A DNA stretch of 15,667 bases from Octopus sinensis (taxonomy: Eukaryota): positions 1-15,667 of the forward strand of contig NW_021825362.1 in assembly GCF_006345805.1 (NCBI RefSeq), written 5' to 3'. Under the pieces are notes generated by a model, which ran no database searches, was not told where the DNA came from, and worked only from the letters and a program-made list of their open reading frames with translations. A program made the translations under genes and the position numbers. This document shows, one piece after another, positions 1-9,351 of the stretch (the first letter of the stretch is position 1; the number at the start of each line of letters is the position of its first letter).

Positions 1-110
1 TTGGTCGGCCCGGGGCTATAGTAGAAGACACTTGCCCAAGGTGCCACGCACGCAATGGGACTGAACCCGGAACTATGTGGTTGGTTAGCAAGCTACTTAC
101 CACGCAGCCA
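1..110 (-). mobile_element. tRNA-derived SINE family A, 5' head (continues beyond window start)
   Basis: Minus strand reads TGGCTGCGTGG (A-box-like)...GGTTCAGTCCC (B-box-like)...CCTTGGGCAAGTGTCTTCTACTATAGCCCCGGGCCGACCAA. It is homologous to 12007-12120 and 9216-9240 in this window, and CCTTGGGCAAG resembles the CORE-SINE domain. Confidence 0.85.
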
Positions 111-480
111 ATTCTTTTTTTTTACAATACTATTGAGTTTATTATCTTTCGCCACCCCGATTAATCTCGCTCACCCATTTGTGAAAACCGACAATCATAT
201 ATAGACTGAGTAGCGTTCCTGGTCCAAGCAAAGCAGTGAGATGATATTCACAAACGGTTTAAAGATGGTAGCTGGATCAATCCTACATGCAGCACAAGCT
301 CAGCATAACACTGTAAACCTGTAATACCCCTACAGTGGACGAAATCATGTAAAGCACTTTCTTCATTCTGCACACACTTTGACGTGGCCAGAATAATGGT
401 TCTTTAGCATAGTAATGTTAATCCACGAATTTTTGCGTATTTCACTGAAGTCCAGAATGAAATTAGCGTCTGTTAAACTA

Positions 481-645
481 TTTTCTTCTACTTGTTTCAG
501 TCATTTGACTGTGGCCATGTTGGTGCACCGCCTTTAGTCGAGCAAATCTACCCCTGGACTTATTCTTTGCAATCCTAGTACTTATTCGATATGTCACTTT
601 TGCCGAACCGCTAAGTTACGGGGGCCTTAACAACCCAACATCGGC
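481..645 (-). mobile_element. SINE family A, 3' half
   Basis: Reverse complement aligns to 9398-9556 (CCGTAACTTAGCGGTTCGGCAAAAG...TCGACTAAAGGCGGTGC...CAGTCAAATGACTGAAACAAG). Confidence 0.85.
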
Positions 646-1030
646 TATTTTTCTGCTTTGGGGAATTTTTATCTGGGATCTGTGCAGGGCCATTCTTGGA
701 CGTAGACTGTTTTTTGTTTGGTCTATGTATTGATTTTCACACCCAGAGCAGGTTAGTGCGTATATCAGGTTCTCCGAAGCACATGTAAAGTTGCTTTTCA
801 CTGTTAAACTTTGTCCCTGTTTGAAGGAAAACTCTGATCCCTCAATTAGATAATCACATATCCCACAATTGAGTCTTCCACATTTTTTACAGACGGCTTC
901 TGCGTTGTTGAGCGTATTCGGGCTTCTGCTAGGAGATTTTTCATACACTCGGGCTGTCTCTTGCTTTGTATGATAGTGTGTGTTTGAAGGACGAAGTTCA
1001 TCATTCTGTGGTCATTTTTTTTAGCAGCGG
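646..1030 (-). pseudogene. Penelope-like retroelement fragment: linker plus GIY-YIG endonuclease, frameshifted
   Basis: [18 protein letters not shown] (frame of ORF 846-1142) joins, via a frameshift at the T-run near 883-888, to KCGRLNCGICDY...FTCASENLIYALTCSGCENQYIDQTKNSLRPRMALH. This is the PLE pattern of a Cys cluster followed by N-x-I-Y...CxxC...Y-I-G-x-T...R...H, with YIG mutated to YID. Confidence 0.85.
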
Positions 1031-1118
1031 TATGTTTTGGAGGATGGTGTCGATAGCATTTTCTATCTGGACTTTTTTCCATACATATCAACTCGTGTGT
1101 TCCTTTGCATCCTTCTAC

Positions 1119-1126
1119 ATATATGT

Positions 1127-1182
<56 letters not shown>

Positions 1183-1197
1183 ATTATATATATATAT

Positions 1198-1234
<37 letters not shown>

Positions 1235-1239
1235 TATAT

Positions 1240-1273
<34 letters not shown>

Positions 1274-1274
1274 A
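1119..1274. repeat. (CA)n/(TA)n microsatellite
   Basis: Direct reading. Confidence 0.95.
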
Positions 1275-1287
1275 CTTACGCACCACA

Positions 1288-1530
1288 CGTGCTAAGAAGC
1301 CTTCTTTCCAACCACATGGTCCCGGCTTCAGTACCACTTCGTGTATATATGTGTATATTCATGAATATTCAGTGTTTACGCCGCCCCCGTAACTTAGCAG
1401 TTCGGTAAAAGAATCCGTTAAAAAAAGTACTAGGCTTAGAAAACAGAAGTCCTAGCGTCGAATTGTTCAGCTAAAATCTTTGAAGGTGGTGCTCCAGCAT
1501 CGCCATAATCAAGTGCAGGAATAAAAGAAT
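1288..1530 (+). mobile_element. SINE family A, diverged and internally deleted
   Basis: Head piece CCAACCACATGGTCCCGGCTTCAGTACCAC is joined through a short TA/TG tract to the tail piece CCCCGTAACTTAGCAGTTCGG...AAGTACTAGGCTTA...GGTGCTCCAGCAT. Confidence 0.75.
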
Positions 1531-2009
1531 ACATATATATATATCCGAGTATGTATGAATGTGTATAGAAGAAGATATCAATCAAGGGAGTTCCACTGAG
1601 TCTGATATTCCACAATTGACAACTGTGTCAACATTTGTCAACAGTGACAGACGACTGTCACTATTGACACCAGATGACTGCATAATGCATCGAAGTAGTA
1701 GTTTGGTTCAATATTGTAAAAGTGCAAATAATAAAACGAGGGAAATCAGAGTAAGTTGGTTTTCATTATTTGATATAGAGGTTGGGTCAAAAGTCCCCTG
1801 ACAGTAAATCAAAACCATTTAATTCCAAGATTTATGTATGTTTAACAAGTGAATGAATTTGTTATAAAGCCCGTTAATATGAAACGTTATGAAAATTGTT
1901 CAAACTAAAGTCCTTCTTGAGCGACACATTTTTCAATCGAGTCAATACAAAATTACGGATAATATTTATGGAATTTTCCTTTACTGTTGAGTGACCATTG
2001 TCCAACCTA

Positions 2010-2011
<2 letters not shown>

Positions 2012-2097
<86 letters not shown>
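2012..2097. repeat. pure (TA)n microsatellite
   Basis: Direct reading. Confidence 0.97.
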
Positions 2098-2102
<5 letters not shown>

Positions 2103-2224
2103 GAATGAGGTAATCAGAAGATCGGATGGTTGTATTTACAGATATTTATTTATATATACATTTTTTACATATATATCATATCACTTAGTTCATGTGTGTA
2201 TGTGTTGTTTGTAATATATATATA

Positions 2225-2570
2225 TATAGTTCTTGTCATTTAAATTTGCTTTTCTTTTTGTAGCTTCTTCTTCTCCTTCTTCTTCTTCTTCTTCTTCTTC
2301 TTCTTCTTCTTCTTCTTCTTCTTCTTCTTCTTTTCTTCTTCTTCTTCTTCTTCTTCTTCTTCTTCTTCTGTTACGTCACCAATATCAGCGCCCCATTATC
2401 GCCCCGATTCCCACCGCTACCCCAACGATTATCATTCTCCACATCATCATCGTCATCTCTGTCATCATTGTTATCATTATCCCCCTCCGTCTCCTCCTCC
2501 TCCTCATCATCATCAACTTCATCGCCATCATTATTGCTCTAGTTGTCCTCCTCCTCCTCCTCGTCTTCTT
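2225..2570 (+). repeat. direct repeat copy 1 of low-complexity segment (copy 2 at 5006-5294), includes (TTC)n
   Basis: Shared non-microsatellite anchors TAGTTCTTGTCATTT, CTGTTACGTCACCAATATCAGCG, CCCCGATTCCCACCGCTACCCCAAC and CGCCATCATTATTGCTCTAGTTGTCCTCC. Confidence 0.92.
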
Positions 2571-2759
2571 ATATATATATATATATATATATATACATGT
2601 GTATATTCAAAGGGCAAGACCACTAGGTAGTCGGCCGTATGCTAGAAATAGATCACCAACGATCAAGCTACGAAGATTGTTCTCTAGAGGAAAATTAAGC
2701 GGACACCAGAACAATTAGGCGGGCAAGACAGATGAAAATTATACATAAAACAGAATTAC

Positions 2760-2835
2760 TCACAGACCGGCGGTTTCGTCTATTAACAAATGAATTACTT
2801 ATATAATCCAATTGTCCGTAGATTCGTCAGCGCGA
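2760..2835 (-). ncRNA. type I hammerhead ribozyme (HHR-1)
   Basis: Minus strand: UCGCG-CUGACGA-AUCUA-[36-nt folded insert]-UAGAC-GAAA-CC-GCC-GG-UC^UGUGA. Core CUGANGA/GAAA/GUC is intact; helix I is 5 bp (2 GU), helix III is 3 bp, and the first helix II pair is an A.C mismatch. Confidence 0.8.
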
Positions 2836-3033
2836 TCGTTCCGACAGGTAATGTAATTTGAAAAACTAATCCCAGCTTTCTGTGCCAAAACAGACAGGTG
2901 TTTAGTTTTACCGATTACATTAAGGATAATTTCAAATGTCTTAGTTCTGGCGCTCTAAAATTCCGGAAGCGAAGAACTGCAGTAAATAATTTACTGCGGT
3001 TAATGCTGCCTATTAGAGAACATATTCATTTTA

Positions 3034-3228
3034 ATATTTAAATAATGAGGGAGATAAATTAATATTAATTTAATTAACATCATTTTAAAACCAGTAGCCT
3101 AGCATACAAAAATCTGAAAAATCAGAAAAAAATTCTCTGATTTTTCAGATTTTTGCATGCTAGGCTACCGGTTTTAAACTGATAATAATTAAATTAATAT
3201 TAATTTATCTCAGTCATTATTTAAATAT
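3034..3228. repeat. near-perfect inverted repeat, 93-bp arms, 9-nt spacer
   Basis: 3034-3126 versus the reverse complement of 3136-3228: 7 mismatches, no gaps (manual alignment). Confidence 0.95.
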
Positions 3229-3240
3229 ATATATATACTA

Positions 3241-3650
3241 TGAGCCTCTACATGGTTTTCGTCTATCAAAATTAGTCAGAAATCATTGGGGTTTTTTGCT
3301 GTTATAAGTCGAAGACACTTAGTTAAGATGCTCCGTATTGGGACCGATCATCATCATTGTTCGACCGTGGTCGAGACAATGGAATTTACCATGCTACGCC
3401 AGACTTCACGGTCCATCATGACATTGCTGAGGTCCTGTTGCTGGATGCCTGTATCCCTGGAGATTACATCAGGGTAGGAGAATGTGCGCCCTCTGTATTG
3501 CGAGTAGATGGCTTCCAGAGGAGTAGAGTAGAAATTACTTCTTTTTCAGCTCTACAACAATGTCCAGCAAACAAGACTCTCCTACCTTTCACATTGGGAC
3601 CGAACCCGAAACCTCGTTGTTGCAATGTGACTTTCTTAAACACACAACCA
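3241..3650 (-). mobile_element. diverged SINE family A 5' half, interrupted by RTE fragment
   Basis: 3300-3347 plus 3604-3650 realign to 15-110 (GAAGACACTT...TGGGACCGAACCCGAAAC...CACACAACCA). Confidence 0.7.
3348..3592 (-). mobile_element. RTE LINE 3'-terminal fragment (245 bp) with 11-bp TSD
   Basis: About 94% identical to the reverse complement of 10943-11188 (14 substitutions, 1 indel by manual count). It has a (TGA)n tail and the TSD ATTGGGACCGA at 3337-3347 and 3593-3603. Confidence 0.95.
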
Positions 3651-4569
3651 ATAATGAAAGTGAGGGAATTAATGAAAAAAGAATGTTAAACACAAAAAAG
3701 TCTGCAAAAAATGTGAAAAAAGAACAAAACAAACGGAAGAAGCACGACTTCAGAAAAATCATAACAAAAAAATACAAAAACTTGAATCTTTACGAAACCT
3801 TGGTAATATTCACAGCAGAGTGTTTTGGAAAGAAACATCAAATAGTGTTAAACACTTTGAGAAAGAAATCAATAAAGAGAAAAAGAAAGAAAAATCGGGA
3901 ATGAAATAAAAAATAAATTATGAAACAAAAATTCAAAGGATTGAAGTAAGAACATAAGTAAAAAAAATATGACGAATAAGAAATCAAAAGTCTTAAAACT
4001 AACTTATTTAAAAAACGCAAAAAAATATAAAAAACCTTGGTAATACAAACTCCAGTCTGACTGGCTCCGACGCTAAAAGTAAAAGCAGGAACAGAGACTA
4101 ACTGTAGATTATTTTTATGTTTTTACTATTAACTCTTGACTCCTAAATTACTTTATTTACCTAACACAATTCTCTACTCACTAAGATTGCTTCTCGCTTT
4201 TGAGAGAGGGGAAAACATTTGCCGATTGAATATATAAAAGTTTAATATATTAAATCTCAAGCTCCTTTTTCTTTGTCTTATTTCGCTACTTTTCTTTTTA
4301 ATAACCCTTTTACTTATATTCTTTTGCTTCTCAATTTTTGGGTGTGTGTTTTTTTTTGTCTAGGTGTCTTTTCTTTTGTTTTATGCTTATTTTCTATTCT
4401 CGGTCTTTTCATATATTTTTCAGGCGTCATGTACGGTGTTTAGTGGAGCTCTCCATTTTTTGCTTGTTTTTTTGCACAAGCACATTCCTCTTCATCCCGC
4501 CGCATCCCCATCTTGCTCTCTTCTCTTTCGTACTTCATGATTTTTTCATTTGACTTTCTTCTCGTTATT

Positions 4570-4770
4570 CGTTACCATTTTTTCTCCTACTCCTCCTCCT
4601 CCTCCTTAACTCCCTCCCCATCTCTCCCTTCATCCCCCACCTCCTTCTCACTTTCATTGTCTTCATTTAATTTTTCTTTTCTTCCTTACTTCTTCATGTT
4701 CTTCAACTCCTTCTTCTTTTCTTCTTCTTTTCTTCTTCTTCTTCTTCTTCTTATTATTATTATCATCATC

Positions 4771-4813
<43 letters not shown>

Positions 4814-4839
4814 TATTATCATTATTGTTATTGTTGTTA

Positions 4840-4871
<32 letters not shown>

Positions 4872-4881
4872 GTTGTTGTTA

Positions 4882-4925
<44 letters not shown>

Positions 4926-4935
4926 GTTATTGTTG

Positions 4936-4969
<34 letters not shown>

Positions 4970-5008
4970 TAATATTATTATTATTATTATCATTATCATT
5001 ATTATTAT
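4570..5008. repeat. compound trinucleotide microsatellite (TCC/TTC, then TTA/TTG/TCA)
   Basis: Direct reading; source of the poly-Leu/Ile ORFs. Confidence 0.93.
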
Positions 5009-5294
5009 AGTTCTTGTCATTTTAATTTGCTTCTCTTTTTTGTAGCTTCTTTTTTTTTCTTCTTCTTCTTCTTCTTCTTCTTCTTCTGTTACGTCACCAA
5101 TATCAGCGTCCCATCACCACCCCGATTCCCACCGCTACCCCAACAATTATCATTCTCCACATCATCATCGTCATCTCTTTCGTCATTGTTACCATTATCA
5201 TCCTCCCCCTCCTCCTCATCAATATCAACTTCGTCGCCATCATTATTGCTCTAGTTGTCCTCCTCCTCCTCCTCCTTCTCCTCTTCGTCTTCTT
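5006..5294 (+). repeat. direct repeat copy 2 (copy 1 at 2225-2570)
   Basis: Same anchors as copy 1; shorter (TTC)n tract. Confidence 0.92.
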
Positions 5295-5734
5295 CATCAC
5301 ACTACTACTAGGTATCCTCAGCCACCGTCGTAGAACCATGAACAGCAACTTCCTGAATATGCTCAATATTATCATCACCTGTACACCAACAACATCACCG
5401 CAATCTTCACTTAACTCCATTCTCAAGATCATTACAACAATCATTAACAATAATACCATCAATTATCATTGTAATTAGAGTTAACAATGCCGCATAGACG
5501 TATCCGTAAGAAATGGCTACAAAGAATACCTAGACATATGTCAAAAGCGCCCAACAAATGATTAGATCTTAATTAATCAAAGTCATCTTGTGTGACCTTT
5601 ACATATAACCGGAACATAGTATTAAGTATAACGTGCTATTCCTTGGGCATTATGAGAATATATTTCTTAGTATTTCATTCAAATTGTGGTCTCGTTAATT
5701 AGAAATAATTTAAAGTGTGGCTATAGCTGCTTAA

Positions 5735-5940
5735 TTATTGATTTTAAATTTTAGCACAATGCCATCGAATTTCGGGGGATGGGATGAATCTATTACATCG
5801 ACCCCACTGTTGAAATAGTACTTGTTTTATCGACCCCATAGAAAGAAAGAGACCGTCGACCTCAGCGAATTTGAACTCAGAATATGAAGACAGACGAAAG
5901 CATTTTACCGGTATTATAACGATTCTGTCATCTCACTGGC
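5735..5940 (-). mobile_element. tRNA-derived SINE family B, diverged
   Basis: Minus strand: TGACAGAATCGTTA (A-box region)...GAGTTCAAATTC (B box, 5867-5878)...GAGGTCGAC...GGGGTCGATAAAACAAGTAC...GGGGTCGATGTAAT. Family assignment is from recall of cephalopod repeats. Confidence 0.7.
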
Positions 5941-6029
5941 TTTAACTGCTTGATGAGTATTATTACCTATATTTCAAAAGTTGCACTCATCGTAAGGACT
6001 CATAATGCCTGTTATTTGGTTTCCATGCA

Positions 6030-6190
6030 CGCCAGACTGTTGTAGGGTTACCTAATAACAGCTGAATTCACTGGGGCAGCGTATAAAGAAATATTTTACT
6101 GAAAACATTACACACAGCCCTGTCGAACAATTGAATTCGTAATCTAGCAATCGCGAGTACAACACTCCTACCCAGGGCACGCTTCTTCAT
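6030..6190 (-). mobile_element. highly diverged SINE family C-like head
   Basis: Reverse complement aligns loosely with 13008-13128 (AGGGCTGTGTG...CAGTGAATTCAGCTGT vs AGGGTTGTGTA...TAGTCCACTCAGCTGT). Confidence 0.55.
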
Positions 6191-6218
6191 TTCATGTCCA
6201 CTTCTGTAAATATCTCAC

Positions 6219-6266
6219 AGAAGTGCTTCTGTTTTGTGCAAAGAAGTGCTTCTGTTTTGTGCAAAG
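6219..6266 (+). repeat. perfect 23-bp tandem duplication
   Basis: AGAAGTGCTTCTGTTTTGTGCAA x2, followed by AG. Confidence 0.95.
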
Positions 6267-6959
6267 TTATCATCTGCAGTTGGCAGAGAAAATATCTAAA
6301 TACATTCACGGAGAATACACATAAAACTCTTTATTTTGTTGAGATCGTATCAAGTCTGTAGTATTATCTAAATCCATATTAAAAGAGAAGCAGAAGTATT
6401 ACAAGTAGTAAAAAACGGACGATAGGATATACGAGAGTTTATAATTATTCCCGACAATTGTTTCGAGGCATCTTGAGTGGGGGCGACACAAAAAAACTGG
6501 TTCAGAAGCATCTGTCTTTCATTTGCCATAAACCTAACGACAATAAGTTTGTTATTGTCACTAACACACTTATTGACGATAACACACTCGTGTGTGTCTC
6601 GGAGCTGACCCCTAATTATAATTATGCATATAATTATAGAATATTTTGTATAATTCACCTAAAAACGTTATTTTAACTTACTTACTACTTGGTAAAATGA
6701 CTAATTATTAATTGATTAACTGATTAATTAATTAATTATACCCTTTTTGGGGGCTGGCCAGATTGGAGAAATGTCAAGATTAATCGGCCGAAATTGCGAG
6801 GATGATCCGGTTCTTGACTGAAGATAAAAGGCTTCGAATGACCCGTCCTTGTTATCCCGTCCTTGTATCGTCTATCTGGATGTTTTGTTGTCCCTTTTTG
6901 TATCACCTAGTTGTCGGGATGTTTTGCGTTCTTCTCCCATTTTGTATTTTATTATATAT

Positions 6960-7006
<47 letters not shown>

Positions 7007-7400
7007 CAGACAGACAGAAAGAGAAAGAGAGAAAGGTAAAGCGTGTATAAAATCATAAATTATACAGCTATCTAGATGAAATTGTATTTAACAAAAGAAA
7101 ACTCGTAAAATTACGACAAATTTGTTCCGTAAGTGAAAAATATGCAAAAGATTTATGTTATCAGTTATCACATTTAATAATAATTAAATTACTTTCTGTT
7201 ACCTGACGACGTAGAAAAAAATTCTGCATTATTTTGATTGAATTTTTTTTTGTATTTTGCAATAATTTAGATATGTAAGTAATTTATCTATTATCAAATA
7301 TAATAATGATAATATAATTTATTTGCATGTTTTTGAGTTACAAAGCAAATTTGACGTGATATAAGTATTTTTGTTTTTCCTCTCTTTTTTTCTGCATTTA

Positions 7401-7675
7401 TTTGTTTCAGCCATTTGATTCCGGCCATGCTGGAGCACCGCCTTTTAGTCGAACAAATCGACCCCGGGATTTATTCTTTCTGAGCCTAGTACTTATTCTG
7501 TTGGTCTCTTTTGCCGAACTGCTAAGTTCCGGAGGCGTAAATATACTAGCATCGGTTGTCAAGTGATGGTAGGAGGACAAGCACAGATACATACACAAAT
7601 TTAAACACACACTCGCACACACACTGACACACACATTCACACTGATACACACATTCACACTCACACACACATATA
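7401..7675 (-). mobile_element. SINE family A, 3' half with internal (CA)n tract
   Basis: Reverse complement aligns without major gaps to 9363-9552, roughly 85% identity by eye. Confidence 0.9.
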
Positions 7676-8128
7676 TAAAATAGGCACCAAATCAGTCAGG
7701 TAGTGTCCACACAGCTCGAAGTAAGGTGAATAAAAAGCAAATAAGTAATAAGTATATCAAGGTATTAGTGCATTGCGGCCATCACAGGCGGTTCCATTTA
7801 ATCGATGAATGCAAGCATTACACCAATTTGAAATACACTGCTTTCCTCGGATGCCGATTGGTTTGAAAAAACGTTTTGAGCAGAGAACTTAAAAGAAGGG
7901 GAGATAATTAAGTATTGGTGATCCCAAAACGACGGTGAGCATGTGTGTATATATATATATATATATATATCAGAATATGTGTATGCGTGTGGATGATTCT
8001 GAGTGGATGTACGGATAATGGAGTGTGGTGTGGGCGCTGGGAAGTGGTCAGTGCTTGTGTGTGTGGAGTGGTGAGGAGTTGTGTGATATGGTGAGATGGT
8101 GCGGTGATGTATATATATATACATACAT

Positions 8129-8441
8129 ATCACTGTGATCACCGTGACCGACCAGACTATCAGATGTTGCTACACATCGCTGATCACAATGCGCTTCGCT
8201 TTGTTTTAGCCTTCAAATGACGCCACCCTGCTGGCTAAGCGAGCAGGCAAACAGAAGAAAGAGTGAGAGAAAGTTGTGGCGAAAGAGTACAGCAGGGATC
8301 GCCACCTCCCCCTGCCGGAGCCTCGTAGAGCTTTAGGTGTTTTCGCTCAATAAACACTCACAACGCCCGGTCTGGGAATCAAAACCGCGATCCTGCCACC
8401 GCAAGTCCGCTGCCCTAACCACTGGGCCATTGCGCCTCCAC
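8129..8441 (-). mobile_element. tRNA-derived SINE family D, apparently full length
   Basis: Minus strand starts GTGGAGGCGCAATGGCCCAGTGGTTAGGGCAG (A box)...GGTTTTGATTCCC (B-box-like) and ends in an (ATGT)n/(TA)n tail. It is a GC-rich island inserted into a TA tract. Confidence 0.8.
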
Positions 8442-8883
8442 TATACATATATATACATATGCGTAAATATATGTATGCGTGCTGTTTCTCCTATAAGATA
8501 TAGTGAACTCATAGTTAGGCATCCAACTATGATGAGTCCACTGAATTCTCATAGCAGAAACACCTATAGGCTTATGAAGTTCATGAGATAATAATGTATT
8601 ACACTGTCATTTTTCATTCGCGCTTATATATATGTGGGGTGCCCAAAAGAAACCAGAATTGCGCAAGTGCATAATTGTTTTATAATCAAATGCACAAATA
8701 ATTTTGACGGGGTTAAGTGAACAGATTTGATAAAAGATTTTCAAATAGAAATTTGCCTCGTCTTGTAAATAAATTTTTTCCAATCTCTGATTAGTTTTTA
8801 ACCTCTTTGTTTCTGTTTTCACTAATTCACCGAGTGTTTGTCTCTGATATTAACTGTTACTTTTTTCTCTATTTTCACTGTAG

Positions 8884-8982
8884 ACAAATCAATATGGCTC
8901 TGGCAGTAATAATGATGGGGTGGCGCCAGCGATGGTGGAGGTGATATTAGAGCAGCTGCTCTCGGGTGGCAGTCGAATGGAC
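8884..8982 (+). CDS. candidate 99-nt internal coding exon, unknown gene
   Basis: TATTAAC branch-like motif (8848-8854), pyrimidine tract TTTTTTCTCTATTTTCACTGTAG acceptor, and GAC|GTAAGT donor. Only the phase 0-0 frame is open (TNQYGSGSNNDGVAPAMVEVILEQLLSGGSRMD). No homology recognised. Confidence 0.35.
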
Positions 8983-9215
8983 GTAAGTGGCTTTGTGTTG
9001 GGTCAAGTTTCTGTTTTCTTGTTTAAAACTGTGCAAGCGATGACGCTTGGAAAGATGGTTTCTACGTCATACAAAAATAGATGTCTTCGTAAGCATCTTA
9101 TACATGTTTAATGTATGACGTTAAAAATTCTTATTTTACTCCCATTTTTCTATGCTAACATTTCGTTGGCTGGACCTCAAAGTATATAGTCACTTGTTAT
9201 AGTCCTTTAACATCT

Positions 9216-9316
9216 TACTATAGCCTCGGGCCGACCAAAGCCTTGTGAGTGGATTTGGTAGACGGAAACTGAAAGATGCCCGTCGTAATTAGGCACACAC
9301 ACACACACACACACAC

Positions 9317-9351
<35 letters not shown>

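Larger units (their letters stand above)
2605..3228 (-). mobile_element. putative non-autonomous Penelope-derived / retrozyme-like element with hammerhead ribozyme and terminal palindrome
   Basis: Flanked by (TA)n on both sides, with no recognisable ORF. Contains a hammerhead (2760-2835) and a 93-bp-arm palindrome, and its post-ribozyme sequence resembles 14361-14435. Boundaries are approximate. Confidence 0.6.

Noticed and set aside
3655-4560. A-rich block followed by T-rich block as a large inverted repeat; Lys-rich ORF 3560-3904
   Set aside because: Only compositional complementarity with no alignable arms; the ORF reflects A-richness. A 14-bp direct repeat (AAACCTTGGTAATA) is too short to interpret.
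4513-5462. Hydrophobic poly-Leu/Ile/Ser ORFs (also 2233-2718) resembling membrane proteins
   Set aside because: Translations of trinucleotide microsatellites.
7198-7230. CTGACGA-CGTA-GAAA hammerhead-like core
   Set aside because: No helix II, and no helix I/III partner or correctly placed NUH.
7836-7890. CTGCT..CGGATGC..GAAAAAACGTTTTGAGCAG, reminiscent of a minimal hammerhead
   Set aside because: CUGANGA is absent; 7680-7945 may be a repeat fragment but cannot be classified from this window.
8370-8441. tRNA-like A/B boxes as a tRNA gene (also 13008-13060)
   Set aside because: No closing acceptor stem; each continues into a SINE body.
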